From: Diplonema japonicum
Taxonomy: Eukaryota; Protista; Euglenozoa: Diplonemea
Direction: 5' to 3'
Length of the DNA stretch: 64,000 bases
Assembly: GCA_964019335.1 (NCBI GenBank)
Contig: OZ025656.1
Span: forward strand, 434,001-498,000
Shown here: one piece after another, positions 45,409-56,630 of the stretch
Layout: each line of letters begins with the position of its first letter
Numbering within the stretch: the first letter of the stretch is position 1
The notes under the pieces: generated by a model
What the model saw: only the letters and a program-made list of their open reading frames with translations
Databases searched by the model: none
What the model was told of the DNA's origin: nothing
Position numbers and translations under genes: made by a program

Positions 45409-48141
45409 ATGGGGGACACGTCGGCAGAGCCGAAAACCTTGAAGAAAAGCGATGTGAAGTTACATGAGGGCGCGTGCTTCAAGACGTTCTTTAAAAGAAG
45501 CGAGAACTCACGACCGACAAGGCTGGGGAAAGGCCCGGCGGTGAAACTGAGCTTGGGTATCCACAACCTGTTCGGGAAGGTGGGACCGGAGTACAAATAT
45601 AAACTCGAGAATAAGCCAAAACGTTATTTAACACAACCAGCGCAAGGTACATAAAAAAAAAAAAAAAAAAACACAACACAACACAGCCCATACTGCGAAC
45701 AGACGGGACAATGCACAAAAAGATCTAATTGTATACATGGGGGAGCATATAACCGACCCCAACACAAAAACTGAATTCTGGATCCGAAGTTTACTAGGTT
45801 GCGGGACCTTCGGACAGGTGCGGAAAAAAAAAAAAGAAAGAAAGAAAAAAAAAAAAAAGAAAGAAAGAAAGAAAACAAACACTTATCAGGTCGTCCGAGC
45901 CCGAAATGTATCGACAGGTGAGACCGTGGCCATTAAGATAATCAAGAACGAGCACTCATATTACAACCAGTCCCAAATAGAGGTGAAGATGCTGCAACGA
46001 ATTAACGAGAAGTACGCGAATGCCGAGGAAGAGGGTGTACATGTTGTGAAGCTTTTAAGCAGGTTTGACTATGCGGGGCACCTCTGCTTGGTTTTCGAGC
46101 TTCTCAGCGTCAACCTCTTCGAGCTTCTGGAGAGCAACCAATACCGCGGCCTCTCTTTAAACACCGTAAAACCAATCATAACGCAAGTCCTCACCACGCT
46201 CAAGGCCTGCGCCGAGCTTGGCATCGTTCACTGCGATCTTAAACCCGAAAATATCTTGATGGCAAAGCCGCCTCAGACAGATATCAAGCTAATCGACTTC
46301 GGATCTGCCTGTGAAGAAAACAACACCGTCTACACCTACATACAGTCTAGATACTACCGGGCCCCCGAGGTCCTTCTCGGTGTGGAGTACAACGCTATGA
46401 TAGATATGTGGTCTCTGGTATGAGTTTTTTTTTTTTTTTTTTTCCAAATTACATTTTTCAGGGGTGTGTTGCGGCTGAGCTGTTCCTCGGGCTCCCTCTC
46501 CTTCCCGGGTACAATGATTACAATCAGCTGTACAGAATGGTATGGAAGGGGTTTTTTTGATTTTTTTTTTTTCAAAATCATTTTTAGGTTGAAATGGTGG
46601 GTTTCCCTCCTAAGCATCTAATTGAGTCCGGGACGAAGTCCAGCCAGTACTTCAAAAGGTACGTTGATGGCGAAGACGATTCAGGCGATGAAGAACCCCC
46701 GCCGCCACAGCCGGTCCCATCTGGGAAGCGAGCACCGCCACCGGCCCCGAAGATTTACCCTTCACACGGGTACAAAATAAAAAGCGATTCCGAGTACTAT
46801 GCTGAATCGAGCGATAAAAAACAGCCTTTCAAACGGTATTTTTACTACCACAAGCTGAGTGATATAGTAGCGAAGTACAGCTGGCCGAAGGGGATACAGG
46901 AGTGCAAGGATGAGGAGAAGAAGCTTGCGATGGTCGAGGACGAGCGGAGGAACCGCATGAAGTTCACAGACTTCCTCCACGGGCTTCTCCACACGGACCC
47001 TTTGGAGCGATGGCCTGCCGTTGTCGCCCTGAAACATCCCTTCGTAACCGGCGAGAAATTTGACGGGGCGGGGACATTTCACAACGAATACGCGTTGCCC
47101 GAAATACAAAGAATACGGGAGAAGAAATACGAAAGCAGCAAAGGTGTCCCTATCAGCATCAGCCCAGGCTATCAATTCAACACCGCTTGGGGGGACGCGA
47201 CCTCATCCATCCCCATCGACTCCAAAGGAATGGGCATGCTGTCCCCAGGATACTATCAGAGTTCCGCAACGCCGAACTCATCGTTCGCACAGTCACCCAT
47301 ACCGGTGGGGCTGTCTTTCAACGATTCGTCAATGGCGTTAGGCGTCTCTCCTATGCCGCAACACCTCACCTGCCCAACGAATACCTCTTTTGGAGGTTCT
47401 TTCGCTGCTGCTCAGGGAAGCAGTGCACCTTACCACATGGGTACGCCCACCCTTTCTAGCCATATGGGTGGGATGAGTGGTGCCGCGCCGATACCGATCC
47501 CAACGCAAGAACCCTACCAATCGAGCATGCCTTCATCATTCCCTACTAACTCGTGGACAGGAGGTGCTGACTCGTACAATGGGCAAGGGTTCGGTGGGCA
47601 TGGTGCGTCACCTCCTGTGCAAGCTACGTTAGGAACGTCCCCTTCCCAGCCGTCAATGAGCGCGCCTCGCCAAATGCATCAAAGGAAGGGAGGATACCAA
47701 AGAGGGAAGCCTAAGCAGGATACTCCCCCGCAGCGCAGCACACCTCTCAACGTCCCCATGCATGGATCCTCCCCAGGAGGGTATGGGTCTTCTCCGGGAT
47801 ACCGGCCGCCCTCGTATCCAGGGTCGCAGACGATGGGCAACACACTTCAAAGGACACAGTCGCATGGTACGCCAAACTCTTCTTACTTCCCTCAGAACGC
47901 GATACAGCAGCCGATGATTCCGCTTCATCAACAGCAGGTCTTCCAGCAGCAGAAGCAGATGACCCCGCTGCAGCAGCAACAACAACAACAACAACAACAA
48001 CAACAGCAGCAACAGCAACAGCAACAATTGCAGCAGCAACTACAACATCAACAACAGCAGCAGCAGCAGCAGCAGCAACAATACCATATGTTGCAAGGAC
48101 AGCGAGTTGAGTCGCAAGAATGGCCTCACGAGTGGGATTGA
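45409..48141 (+). CDS. YAK1: YAK1-type DYRK kinase with low-complexity polyQ tail (5 exons)
   Basis: PKRYLTQP...DN..DLIVY N-terminal YAK motif; LGCGTFGQV, HCDLKPENIL, DFGSAC, YTYIQSRYYRAPE. Confidence 0.9.
47971..48081 (+). repeat. Coding CAG/CAA polyglutamine repeat
   Basis: Directly visible trinucleotide run. Confidence 0.95.
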
Positions 48142-48729
48142 AAGAAATGCCGGAAAGAAAAAACAAACGGGAACTTAAGTGAAGGGAGGGGGTGAAACTG
48201 AAAACAAATAATAAAGAAGAGGAAAAAAAAAGAAAAAGAAAAACATACATGCGGGTATAGGGGGTAAATGTTTGGGAAAAGAAGGGACGCGGGGATGTGT
48301 GACAAGTAAAAAAGGTGGGAAAACTAAGAACGGCAAATAGAAGTGTGGCATTTCCCTCTCTATCTCGTCCTTCTCTGTCTCTTTTTTCTCTCTTACAACT
48401 CAACTTATTCTAAGAAGGTTGTAAGAGAAAACCACACGATGGGGGAGGGGGAAGGGGGAATCGGCAGAGAAACCAGTATATTTCGTACTATTCCTCAGCC
48501 TTTTCCTCTTTTGCCCCTCCCCTCTCCCCCCTCCCTTTTTTTTTTGCTTTCCACTTTCTTGTCAGGTTGCTCGTTGGTCGGTTCTGGTTCGTCGTATACT
48601 TTTTTCTGAGTTCCCCCCTGCCCATTTTTTGTTTAAACCAAAATCATAAAAAAAAAGAGGAAAAAAAAAAAAAGAAAAATCAAAACACATAGTAAAAATG
48701 TGCGAGGGGGGGGGGGAAGGATAGAAGAA

Positions 48730-51708
48730 ATGCGACATCAGAACCAACAAGAACTTAGCCGGTCTTCGTTAGGGAACTCTTTTCACGCCCCGTCCCCACC
48801 GGTGATGAAAACCTTGGGGCGCAGGGGAAAGCGGTGCTTTGCAAAACTAGGTGTCGTCCGCCTTGGATTAGAAGAGAAAAGAAACATTCTTGAATCGCCT
48901 GCAAGGCATAAACAATGCCCCGTGATAGACAAAATGCTGCTGCGAGCCTTACTGAACATGTTTAACCATACCGAAGATGATGCGACGCCCATCGCTGGGA
49001 ATGATCTGAAAGCAAGTCTGGTAGATATCACCACACCTCCCGTGCTGACATCGAAACGGTCGGACAACGATGAGTTGTACAAAGTATACTTAACACAGTG
49101 CTCGAGGCACGCTGCAGGGGATTATTCCGACCTGACCGAGAATGGTTTCACTACCTTTCTCCACTCTCTCGGTTGGGAGCCGTTGAACCCAGCGGTTCTC
49201 TCGATGTTCTTTAGCAGAGCCAAACGTCTTGCTTCCACCACTACCTTCACCTACCAAACCTTTGTTATGTGCTTTTTCATGCTTTCCATGATGGCAGACG
49301 ATCCTTCGGTTGTCGCGAACGCTTGTCACGAGGTCATTGTCTACACCGCCTTTGAAAAGATGTTGAAAGGGATCCTGCTTCCCTCCCTCACCACCTCGGA
49401 CTCCAGAGCACCTTCGGACCTTCGCTGGAACACTGGTATCAACAATTTGTTGTTTGTGTACTGGAAGCACATTGACTCTACTTTTAAGAAGTTTTGCTCT
49501 CTAAAGAAACGGAATTTCGAGTACTCTCAGAGGCTTCTCGAGACGCTTAACACACTGATGGATCTCGACGGTTGGCTGGCGTTTGCCACGTCTGTGGACC
49601 TCCACAAGTCCCTCACGCACCAAGAGATGGCGCAGATTGTGAAAGCCGCCCAGTCCTCCGACAAGAGCGACATCATCGACTACGGCATCCCCGCGGACCG
49701 TGCCTTCCTCGGCAGGGTCTGTCTCGACCTCCCTGAGTTTTTTAATGCGCTTTCTCGCTGTGCCCTTCGTATATACACCGCCATGGAGTGTTCTTCCACC
49801 GACAAGGTTCACTCTCTCTTGCACAACATCTACCGCACGCGTGACTTGGACTTCGCCATTCCCCCATCACCGCTGCTCGTTGACATTAGCCCGCACCTGT
49901 GCAGCGTAGACGACTCCTCCACGATGACTATCAAAGGATACCCTTTCTGTGCTAAACGAGGTGTTTACTACCGTTTCTCCGGTCTCGGAACAAACCGTGG
50001 GCACTACAAAGGCAGCGAATCGGTGAACGCTAAGTACCCGCAGTTCCCAAAATCGTTGCGGCATACAAAGCCCCCGCTGGAACGATTGGCGGACATGGAG
50101 GTGTGGCGGCGAACTGTTGTCGACCAACGGAAGAGGGAACGGCTGTGGAACTTGGGGACAACGCGTACGAAAATCGCCGAACCTGAGATCACAACGCAGG
50201 TCCCGTACCGCAAGGTGCTGTCGGTGACGCCGGTCCTGCAGGATGACATCATCATCATGAACCCTGTCTTTACGTACCAAGTAGAAGTGTCGCTGAGCAA
50301 CGACGGCCTGCACTTCTCTCTATCCGACGGGCACTCGTCACAGGTCTCGTTCGTGGAACCGTTGGAGCCATATGTCTTACCCGCAGAACAAGTTTCTCTC
50401 TACCGCACTTTTTTCCAGATATACTGCTCGTACAACGACCCTTACAACGACACGCTCATGACACTGGAGAAGTGGAAATTCTTCAAGACGCACTTCGAGC
50501 TTGTCGAACCGTGCATGCCTGTGTACGCGAACCCCAGAATGCCTTTGAATAGGATGAAGAGGAAGCGGCTGATTGTTGACGAGGACGAACTGAGAACGCT
50601 AGAGGTAGTCATGAGAGAGGAGTTCACGGAGAGGCAGCGTATGGGATGGTTCGGGGTTCTGCCTAGCATCGAAGAAAGATGCGATGAAGGCTTTGACGAA
50701 ACGCAAAAACGTCTAGGGAAACAAAGAAAGGTGCCAGGCGTTGTACACCAACTGGTCCCTGGCAGCGCTGTGCGTAGGGTTTTTGATGACGAAACAGGCA
50801 AGGACAAGATGCACATAGAGGTTATCAGGGTGGAGGTGCACCACCATATCAATCACAATCAGGAGTGCCCTATCTTCGATGAGCTGTCCGTCTTCAACAC
50901 TCGCATCGAGGCAGACGCCGTGTCCTTTACAGGATTCATGTCCGCTCTGGCCAGGGTGTGCGCAGATGTATTCGGCGAAATGAATTGCATCAATTTCCTG
51001 CAAAAGCTCAGTATGTGCAAGCCGCTCCTCCCTCGGATCAGGAAGTCGATCGTTGCAAACATCGGCGACAACATGCCGCGGGTGCTGAAGTGCATCACGC
51101 AACGGTCTGTCAGGTCCTTTGATGTGTTTTTCGGGCAAACGTATCTCGGAAAGTTATCCGAAGGCGCTGGATGGGTGCTGCACAACGGAGTGAGACAGCG
51201 TAACAAATACCTGTCGTGGGACCCTGGGGTGCACCATCTGCAAGATGTGGAAGAAAAGGTTGTTCGGGTGCTGAGCTATGATGATACGGCATATGACCTA
51301 GAGGCCATACTGGTGAGGCTGGTTGGTGAGGGGCTGCTTCTTGCCCCGTCAAGGGGATGTGTTCCTGGCGGGGACATCATGGGAAGGGTTTACGCCGTCT
51401 TCGACGGAAACCTGAATCACCAACTGCGGCCTGTGAAGCGAATCCTCAGAACCGAAATGCACGTCGTTGAAACTTTACGTGCCGTCCGCCTTGCAGGGCA
51501 CATCTGGGAACGCAAAGGCACCATTGGAACCCTTTGGTGGCAGCCCGTCACCGAAGAGGTCCTCCACCCCCAGGCCACCATGGCAGTTTATGGCAAAGAC
51601 CCTACGCTCCACTTCTACAAAATCTTCAGCGCGTTCTCAGCAACACAGACTTTGGCCGAACTGCGAAACGAGCTCGAAAACCTCAATTACACCTTACAAC
51701 TTATTTAG
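48730..51708 (+). CDS. Large hypothetical protein with EF-hand-like helical regions and an IPT/TIG-like domain
   Basis: ~990-aa ORF; PLLVDISP..MTIKG.PF and VEVSLSNDGLHFS resemble IPT/TIG. Confidence 0.6.
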   Translation: MRHQNQQELSRSSLGNSFHAPSPPVMKTLGRRGKRCFAKLGVVRLGLEEKRNILESPARHKQCPVIDKMLLRALLNMFNHTEDDATPIAGNDLKASLVDITTPPVLTSKRSDNDELYKVYLTQCSRHAAGDYSDLTENGFTTFLHSLGWEPLNPAVLSMFFSRAKRLASTTTFTYQTFVMCFFMLSMMADDPSVVANACHEVIVYTAFEKMLKGILLPSLTTSDSRAPSDLRWNTGINNLLFVYWKHIDSTFKKFCSLKKRNFEYSQRLLETLNTLMDLDGWLAFATSVDLHKSLTHQEMAQIVKAAQSSDKSDIIDYGIPADRAFLGRVCLDLPEFFNALSRCALRIYTAMECSSTDKVHSLLHNIYRTRDLDFAIPPSPLLVDISPHLCSVDDSSTMTIKGYPFCAKRGVYYRFSGLGTNRGHYKGSESVNAKYPQFPKSLRHTKPPLERLADMEVWRRTVVDQRKRERLWNLGTTRTKIAEPEITTQVPYRKVLSVTPVLQDDIIIMNPVFTYQVEVSLSNDGLHFSLSDGHSSQVSFVEPLEPYVLPAEQVSLYRTFFQIYCSYNDPYNDTLMTLEKWKFFKTHFELVEPCMPVYANPRMPLNRMKRKRLIVDEDELRTLEVVMREEFTERQRMGWFGVLPSIEERCDEGFDETQKRLGKQRKVPGVVHQLVPGSAVRRVFDDETGKDKMHIEVIRVEVHHHINHNQECPIFDELSVFNTRIEADAVSFTGFMSALARVCADVFGEMNCINFLQKLSMCKPLLPRIRKSIVANIGDNMPRVLKCITQRSVRSFDVFFGQTYLGKLSEGAGWVLHNGVRQRNKYLSWDPGVHHLQDVEEKVVRVLSYDDTAYDLEAILVRLVGEGLLLAPSRGCVPGGDIMGRVYAVFDGNLNHQLRPVKRILRTEMHVVETLRAVRLAGHIWERKGTIGTLWWQPVTEEVLHPQATMAVYGKDPTLHFYKIFSAFSATQTLAELRNELENLNYTLQLI

Positions 51709-51766
51709 ATCTTTTGTGGTATTTTTCTCTTTATGTGCTCCCCCATTCACCGAACCCAGGCATGCA

Positions 51767-52408
51767 ATGTACATCTGCACGTCTTGCGGAGGGAAAGTAG
51801 AAAATCTGCACAATGTAGAGAACACAGGCATGATCTCCCTGTGCAGATGTAATGCTTGCGGTAATGTGGCAGACCCGCTTTGCGAGTTTACATCGATTCT
51901 TGCTTTTGTGGACGTGCTGTTGATGAGAGAAGCAGCGGCGGTGCACCTGCTTTATAATAAATATCGATTGGTGTGGGGAGGGGGAGAAGGGTGGGTCACG
52001 AAGTGGGCGGCTGTGTTGTTGCTCTTTATGGCGGGGTGCCTCAGTGATGGAGATGTGGAGGTGCGTGGGTTTGCGCGAGCGATGTGTCTCAGGTTGTGCT
52101 TTGTCCTAGCTGCCTTCATTATGTCTTACCTGACGAGGCCCTCCACGCATACTATGCTAGAGTGTCTCGTCTTGATGATTTCAACTACTTGGTACACCCT
52201 ACCTCTCTTTGTCACTTTCATCTGGGACTACTCAGATGCCCATCTTACCCTCCCAGCCTCGAGCATCGCTGTTCCCTGCGCGGTACTTCCTTACATCGCT
52301 GTCCCTGTCAGTGCTTACAACCACGCCACCTTCCTGCGCTGCAGGAACCCTCTTCTCACACCCCTCGCAGGCTGCCTTGCGTTGTCCGTTTATACCTTTC
52401 TTCTTTAA
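51767..52408 (+). CDS. ARV1: ARV1-family ER membrane protein
   Basis: MYICTSCG..V..L...ISLCRCNACGNVADPLCE...VDVLL...HLLYN zinc motif followed by TM segments. Confidence 0.85.
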   Translation: MYICTSCGGKVENLHNVENTGMISLCRCNACGNVADPLCEFTSILAFVDVLLMREAAAVHLLYNKYRLVWGGGEGWVTKWAAVLLLFMAGCLSDGDVEVRGFARAMCLRLCFVLAAFIMSYLTRPSTHTMLECLVLMISTTWYTLPLFVTFIWDYSDAHLTLPASSIAVPCAVLPYIAVPVSAYNHATFLRCRNPLLTPLAGCLALSVYTFLL

Positions 52409-52470
52409 CTGAGGTTTAAAACTATTTCTGTCTTCATCCCCCGCCCTCAAAGCCCTCAAACATTTCAGGA

Positions 52471-53009
52471 ATGTTGCTGAGAAGTGTTCGGTGGAACACA
52501 TACCGAAGATGGGCCTCAAGCGGAGCTGTTGAGTACCTGAAGGAGTTGGCTAAGGAAGCAACCCATTTGTCGAAGAAGCTTGAAGAAGGTGATGACACGC
52601 AGGACACCAGGCTGCGGTACAAGAGGATGCAGATGTACTATGATCAGGGTTTGGCGTATTCAAGTCTTCAAAGCGAGGAGCAAGGACTGATGGAGATGCT
52701 GGAAGAAGGGGACAAAGAGCTGATGGAGCTGGCGGAGGACGATCTGAAAGGAGTGCGGGACATGATGAGGGAAGTGGAGAACTCATTCGACGGAGTACTG
52801 GAGATGGTAGATGATGAAGACAAGGCAGATGTGACGTTGGAGCTGAGCGGGGGCGCAGGAGGGCAGGAGGCGGATTTGTTCGCGAAGGAACTCTTCGACG
52901 TGTACAAAGACTACTGCAAGAGGATGGGGTGGCGCTGGGAAGACCTTACAGGTGACGTGGGTGACGACAATCTTTCGGAGCACCATTTGGAACGGGTATG
53001 ATTGCCATG

Positions 53010-53064
<55 letters not shown>

Positions 53065-53764
53065 AGACACTGACAGCACGCGTATCAGGGACAGACGTGT
53101 TCAAGTACTTGAAGTGGGAGTCCGGTGTGCATCGTGTACAGCGCATCCCACAGAGCGAGTCTGGGGGTCGGACCCACACGTCGACAGCGGGTGTCAAGGT
53201 CTTGCCCACTTTCGAGCCGGATGATATAACGGTGAGCTTTCCACGTGAAGACTTTAAATTCACAAGTTCACGCAACACCGGTCCCGGTGGGCAGAGTGTC
53301 AACAGCACGAACACCCTTGCGATCTGGAAGCACATCCCGACAGGAATGGTCATGAAGGAAGGCAGCGGGAGGGACTTGCAAAACAACGCTGCTCTGGGAT
53401 GGGACAAACTGATCGGAAGGCTGTGGGAGTTGGAGAAGGAAGCAGTATGCTAAACAAAGGGGGGAAAAAAGAAAGAACCAAACAGGCTATCTCGAAGAAG
53501 GAGAACACGCGGTCATCTCTCGCCTTCAGTCTTGACAGGCACAACAAAATCAGGACCTACAACTGGTCCAGACAGAATATCGTGGACCACAGGCTTCCCA
53601 ACACTCAAAACACTGTAATGTTGGACGAATTCTATGAAGGGTCAGATCTCGATTTGCTGATCGAGCGGCTGCAGGCACAAGATGTGGCCACCAGACGAGA
53701 CGGGTGGCTCAAGGAAAAGGCTGCTGAGCTTCGAACCCCTCCAGTGACAAACCAGAAAAAATAA
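52471..53764 (+). CDS. Mitochondrial-type (bacterial class I) peptide chain release factor 1 (3 exons)
   Basis: Presequence-like MLLRSVRW; GAGGQEA, ESGVHRVQRIP, HTSTA, GPGGQSVN, KIRTYNW...DHR. Confidence 0.9.
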
Positions 53765-53881
53765 TCATTATTATTGACGTACGATGTCCCCCCCTTTTTT
53801 TTCTTCTTCTTGCTCTACATACGGAAAAGCATCAAAGAGAGGGGAAGGGGGACAAAAGGAGACGAAGGGAGAAAAAAAAAG

Positions 53882-55936
53882 ATGAAGTTCGGACAACAAC
53901 TGCTGAGTGAGTTCAATTTAGAGTGGGGTCTCGACGCCTACGTTGGTTATAAGAGCCTGAAGGAGCTTCTGAAAGATATCAAGGTTTTATAGGGAAGAAG
54001 AAAAAAAGAAGAGGAAAAAAAAAAAAAAAAAACAGGCGAAGAAAACAGATGTGGAGATCTTCTTTAAATCGATACAAGAGGATCTGCAGATGGTGAACTT
54101 GTTTTTCAAAAACCAAGAGACGACGCTGTACGACTCAACGAGGGTTCTGAGAGACACCTCTCAAGAGAAGGTCTCGAAGAAGGACGTGTTCGAGTGTTAC
54201 AACCAGGCCAAGGCGATCCATAGGTACCAGGACCTCAACAAACTCTGTTTCGAGAAAATTATCAAGAAGTTTTTGAAACGAATGGGTCTACGACAGAGAA
54301 AGAAGGACGAAGAGGCTCAGGTAGAGGAGCCCCCAATGTTCTCCAAGAAGCAAGAAACCGAGCTCAGACTCCGCTGCGACGAATTCTTAGAAACCGTGGA
54401 AGACTCTTACTTCCAGAACCCCGAGAAGGTAGATCTTGCGAAGACCATGCAGGACATGGAAGTATGTATCCTCACGCCCCTTCTCATGTCCACACAGATC
54501 GTGTACTCTGAGAGCTTTGCAAACGGCGACGAAATTCTGTCTCAGGATGTTTTGGAGAAGGTCTGGTCGATGGACCACAGGTCGCAGTCCCGTATCATCG
54601 ACTACACTGACGCGCACTACTACAAAGAAAAGCTTAGGAAGCGGGAGGTGTGGAAGGGGATAAAATAAAATAAAATAAAAATACAGCAACATTACGCGTG
54701 CAGAATCCTCTGCGGCAGTACCAACCGATCCCTCGCCAGGAACGTTTCGAGGTGTCTCGGGCACAAGTCCCTCTGCAACGCGAGGGTCGCTACCTTCGCA
54801 AACGGCGAGTGCAACCTCCAGGTTCTTGACAATGTATGGTGATCGAAACGGGGAATATCAAAAAGATCTTTCACCACAGATCCGAGGCGACGACGTCTTC
54901 CTGTTCCAGTCTGCATCCTTCACAGACGAAGTGAGCCTTGCTCATGCGCAGATGGAGCTTCTCCTCTTGGTGCACACCTGCAGGCTTGCCAGCGCTGCAC
55001 GTATCACTGCTGTTATGCCGTACATGGCGTACCAGTCGAAGAAGCAACCGATGAGCGCGTTTGCGCAGATGATCACGAAGATGGGTGTTGATAGGATACT
55101 GACGGTGGACATGCTGTCTGGGCAGATCCAGGGCTACTTCGAGTCGACCCCATTGGACAACGTGAAGGTGCTGATGGAGTTTGTGAAATATTTCAGAGAG
55201 AAGTTCGACAACAAGGTGGAAGACTACGCGTCACAGGTGTGCATCGTGTCGCCACGCTCGACGGCGGTGGACAGGGCAAAAGAGTTCGCGGACGAACTGG
55301 GGTGCGGGCTGGCAACAGTAATCAGACGAAGGAAGGAAGAAGAAGAGGAAGAGAACAAACTGTCATGGAAGTTCAAGGAGGTAAGTGAGATCGTAGGCGA
55401 TGTTAAAGGGAAGATCTGCATCATCTTAAGCTGCATACTGGATGAGGGTGAGAACATGGCAGGCGTCGCTGAAGAGGTTGTGAGTGCGGGAGCCACCGAG
55501 GTCTACGCCGCGGCCGTGCATGGAGTCTTCGCAGGCCAGGCTGTGGAAAGGCTCGACAATGCGCCCATTGAGGAAGTTGTTGTGACCGACACCATTTGTC
55601 AGGATGATCTCATGTCTTCCTTTGCCAAGCTTCGTGTGATTCCTGTTGCGCCTCTCCTTGCGGAGTGCGTCGACAGGATCCACTCCGAAGCCTCCCTTGG
55701 TGGCATGATGAAGGCCAGGAGAAACTACACCCCTGCGGTTTCTCGTCGTGTTTCAGCCATGCCCACCTCCGAGTCACATGACATTCTGTCCCACCTCGAA
55801 GGCGTGGATCTCACAACCCTCACCAAGCTTCAAACCAGCGATGGCCGACTCTCTCCAGTATGTTTGGAACAAAAAAAGATGAGAAAATAAAACAAAAAAA
55901 ATGTAGATCACTACAAAAAGGGGCGCTTTTAAATAA
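53882..55936 (+). CDS. SPX domain fused to a degenerate PRPP synthetase (~610 aa; introns 53984-54035, 54462-54497, 54648-54686, 54834-54879, 55858-55906)
   Basis: SPX motifs MKFG..EW..YVGYKSLK, FF..I..DL..VNLFF, LNKLCFEKIIKKFLK; PRPS motifs FANGE, IRGDDVFLFQS, SAARITAVMPY, QIQGYF, VGDVKGK, HGVFAG, VVVTDTI; five phase-0 GT-AG introns join them in frame. Confidence 0.88.
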
Positions 55937-56630
55937 ATTATGAGGGGCGGCGGGAGTGGGGAGGGGGGAATCACCCCATCCCCACTTTTTTTGTTTTACT
56001 ACTTTTGGGGGCAGATTACAGACAAAAGATATTACGGAAAAACAAAGGGGTTCATAAAAAACATTTTTTATTTTATTTTTTATTATTACGTGTGTTCCAT
56101 AAAGTAGGAGATGTTTCATTAGAAACAAGAGGAGGAGGAGGGGGAGGATACATGCGAAAAGTATGAGGAAGGTAAAAAGAAAAAAAGAAGAAGAAATTAG
56201 ATAGGAATGCCAACGATAGAAAAATGGAAGAAGGAAGGAAAGACCAGCTGGCCGTGTGTGCTTCCAGTCTGGGTTTCCCATCTCACCCTCCCCCCCTTTC
56301 AGGCTGCACGTTCCGTGTGTCGGTGAAAAGAAATTGCCTTTTTTTTTTTTTCCTTGATCATTTCCCCCCTTTTCCCCCTTAACCCATCCTCTGTTCCCAA
56401 TACCCCCTTGGTGAAGGAGAAATCACAAAAACGAAAGAAAAAAATAAAATTGGAGGGGGGGAGGAAACAACTTGTCGCGCAATATGGGGGGGGGGGGGGG
56501 GGGGGGGGCAACACCCCCCCCCCCCCCCCCCTCCGTCCCGTCTTTCTCTTTCCCCCCTCTTTTTATTTTAATATTTTGTTACACAAACAAAAAATGAAAA
56601 CCTCCCAAAAAGGGAAAAACAAAAAAAGAA

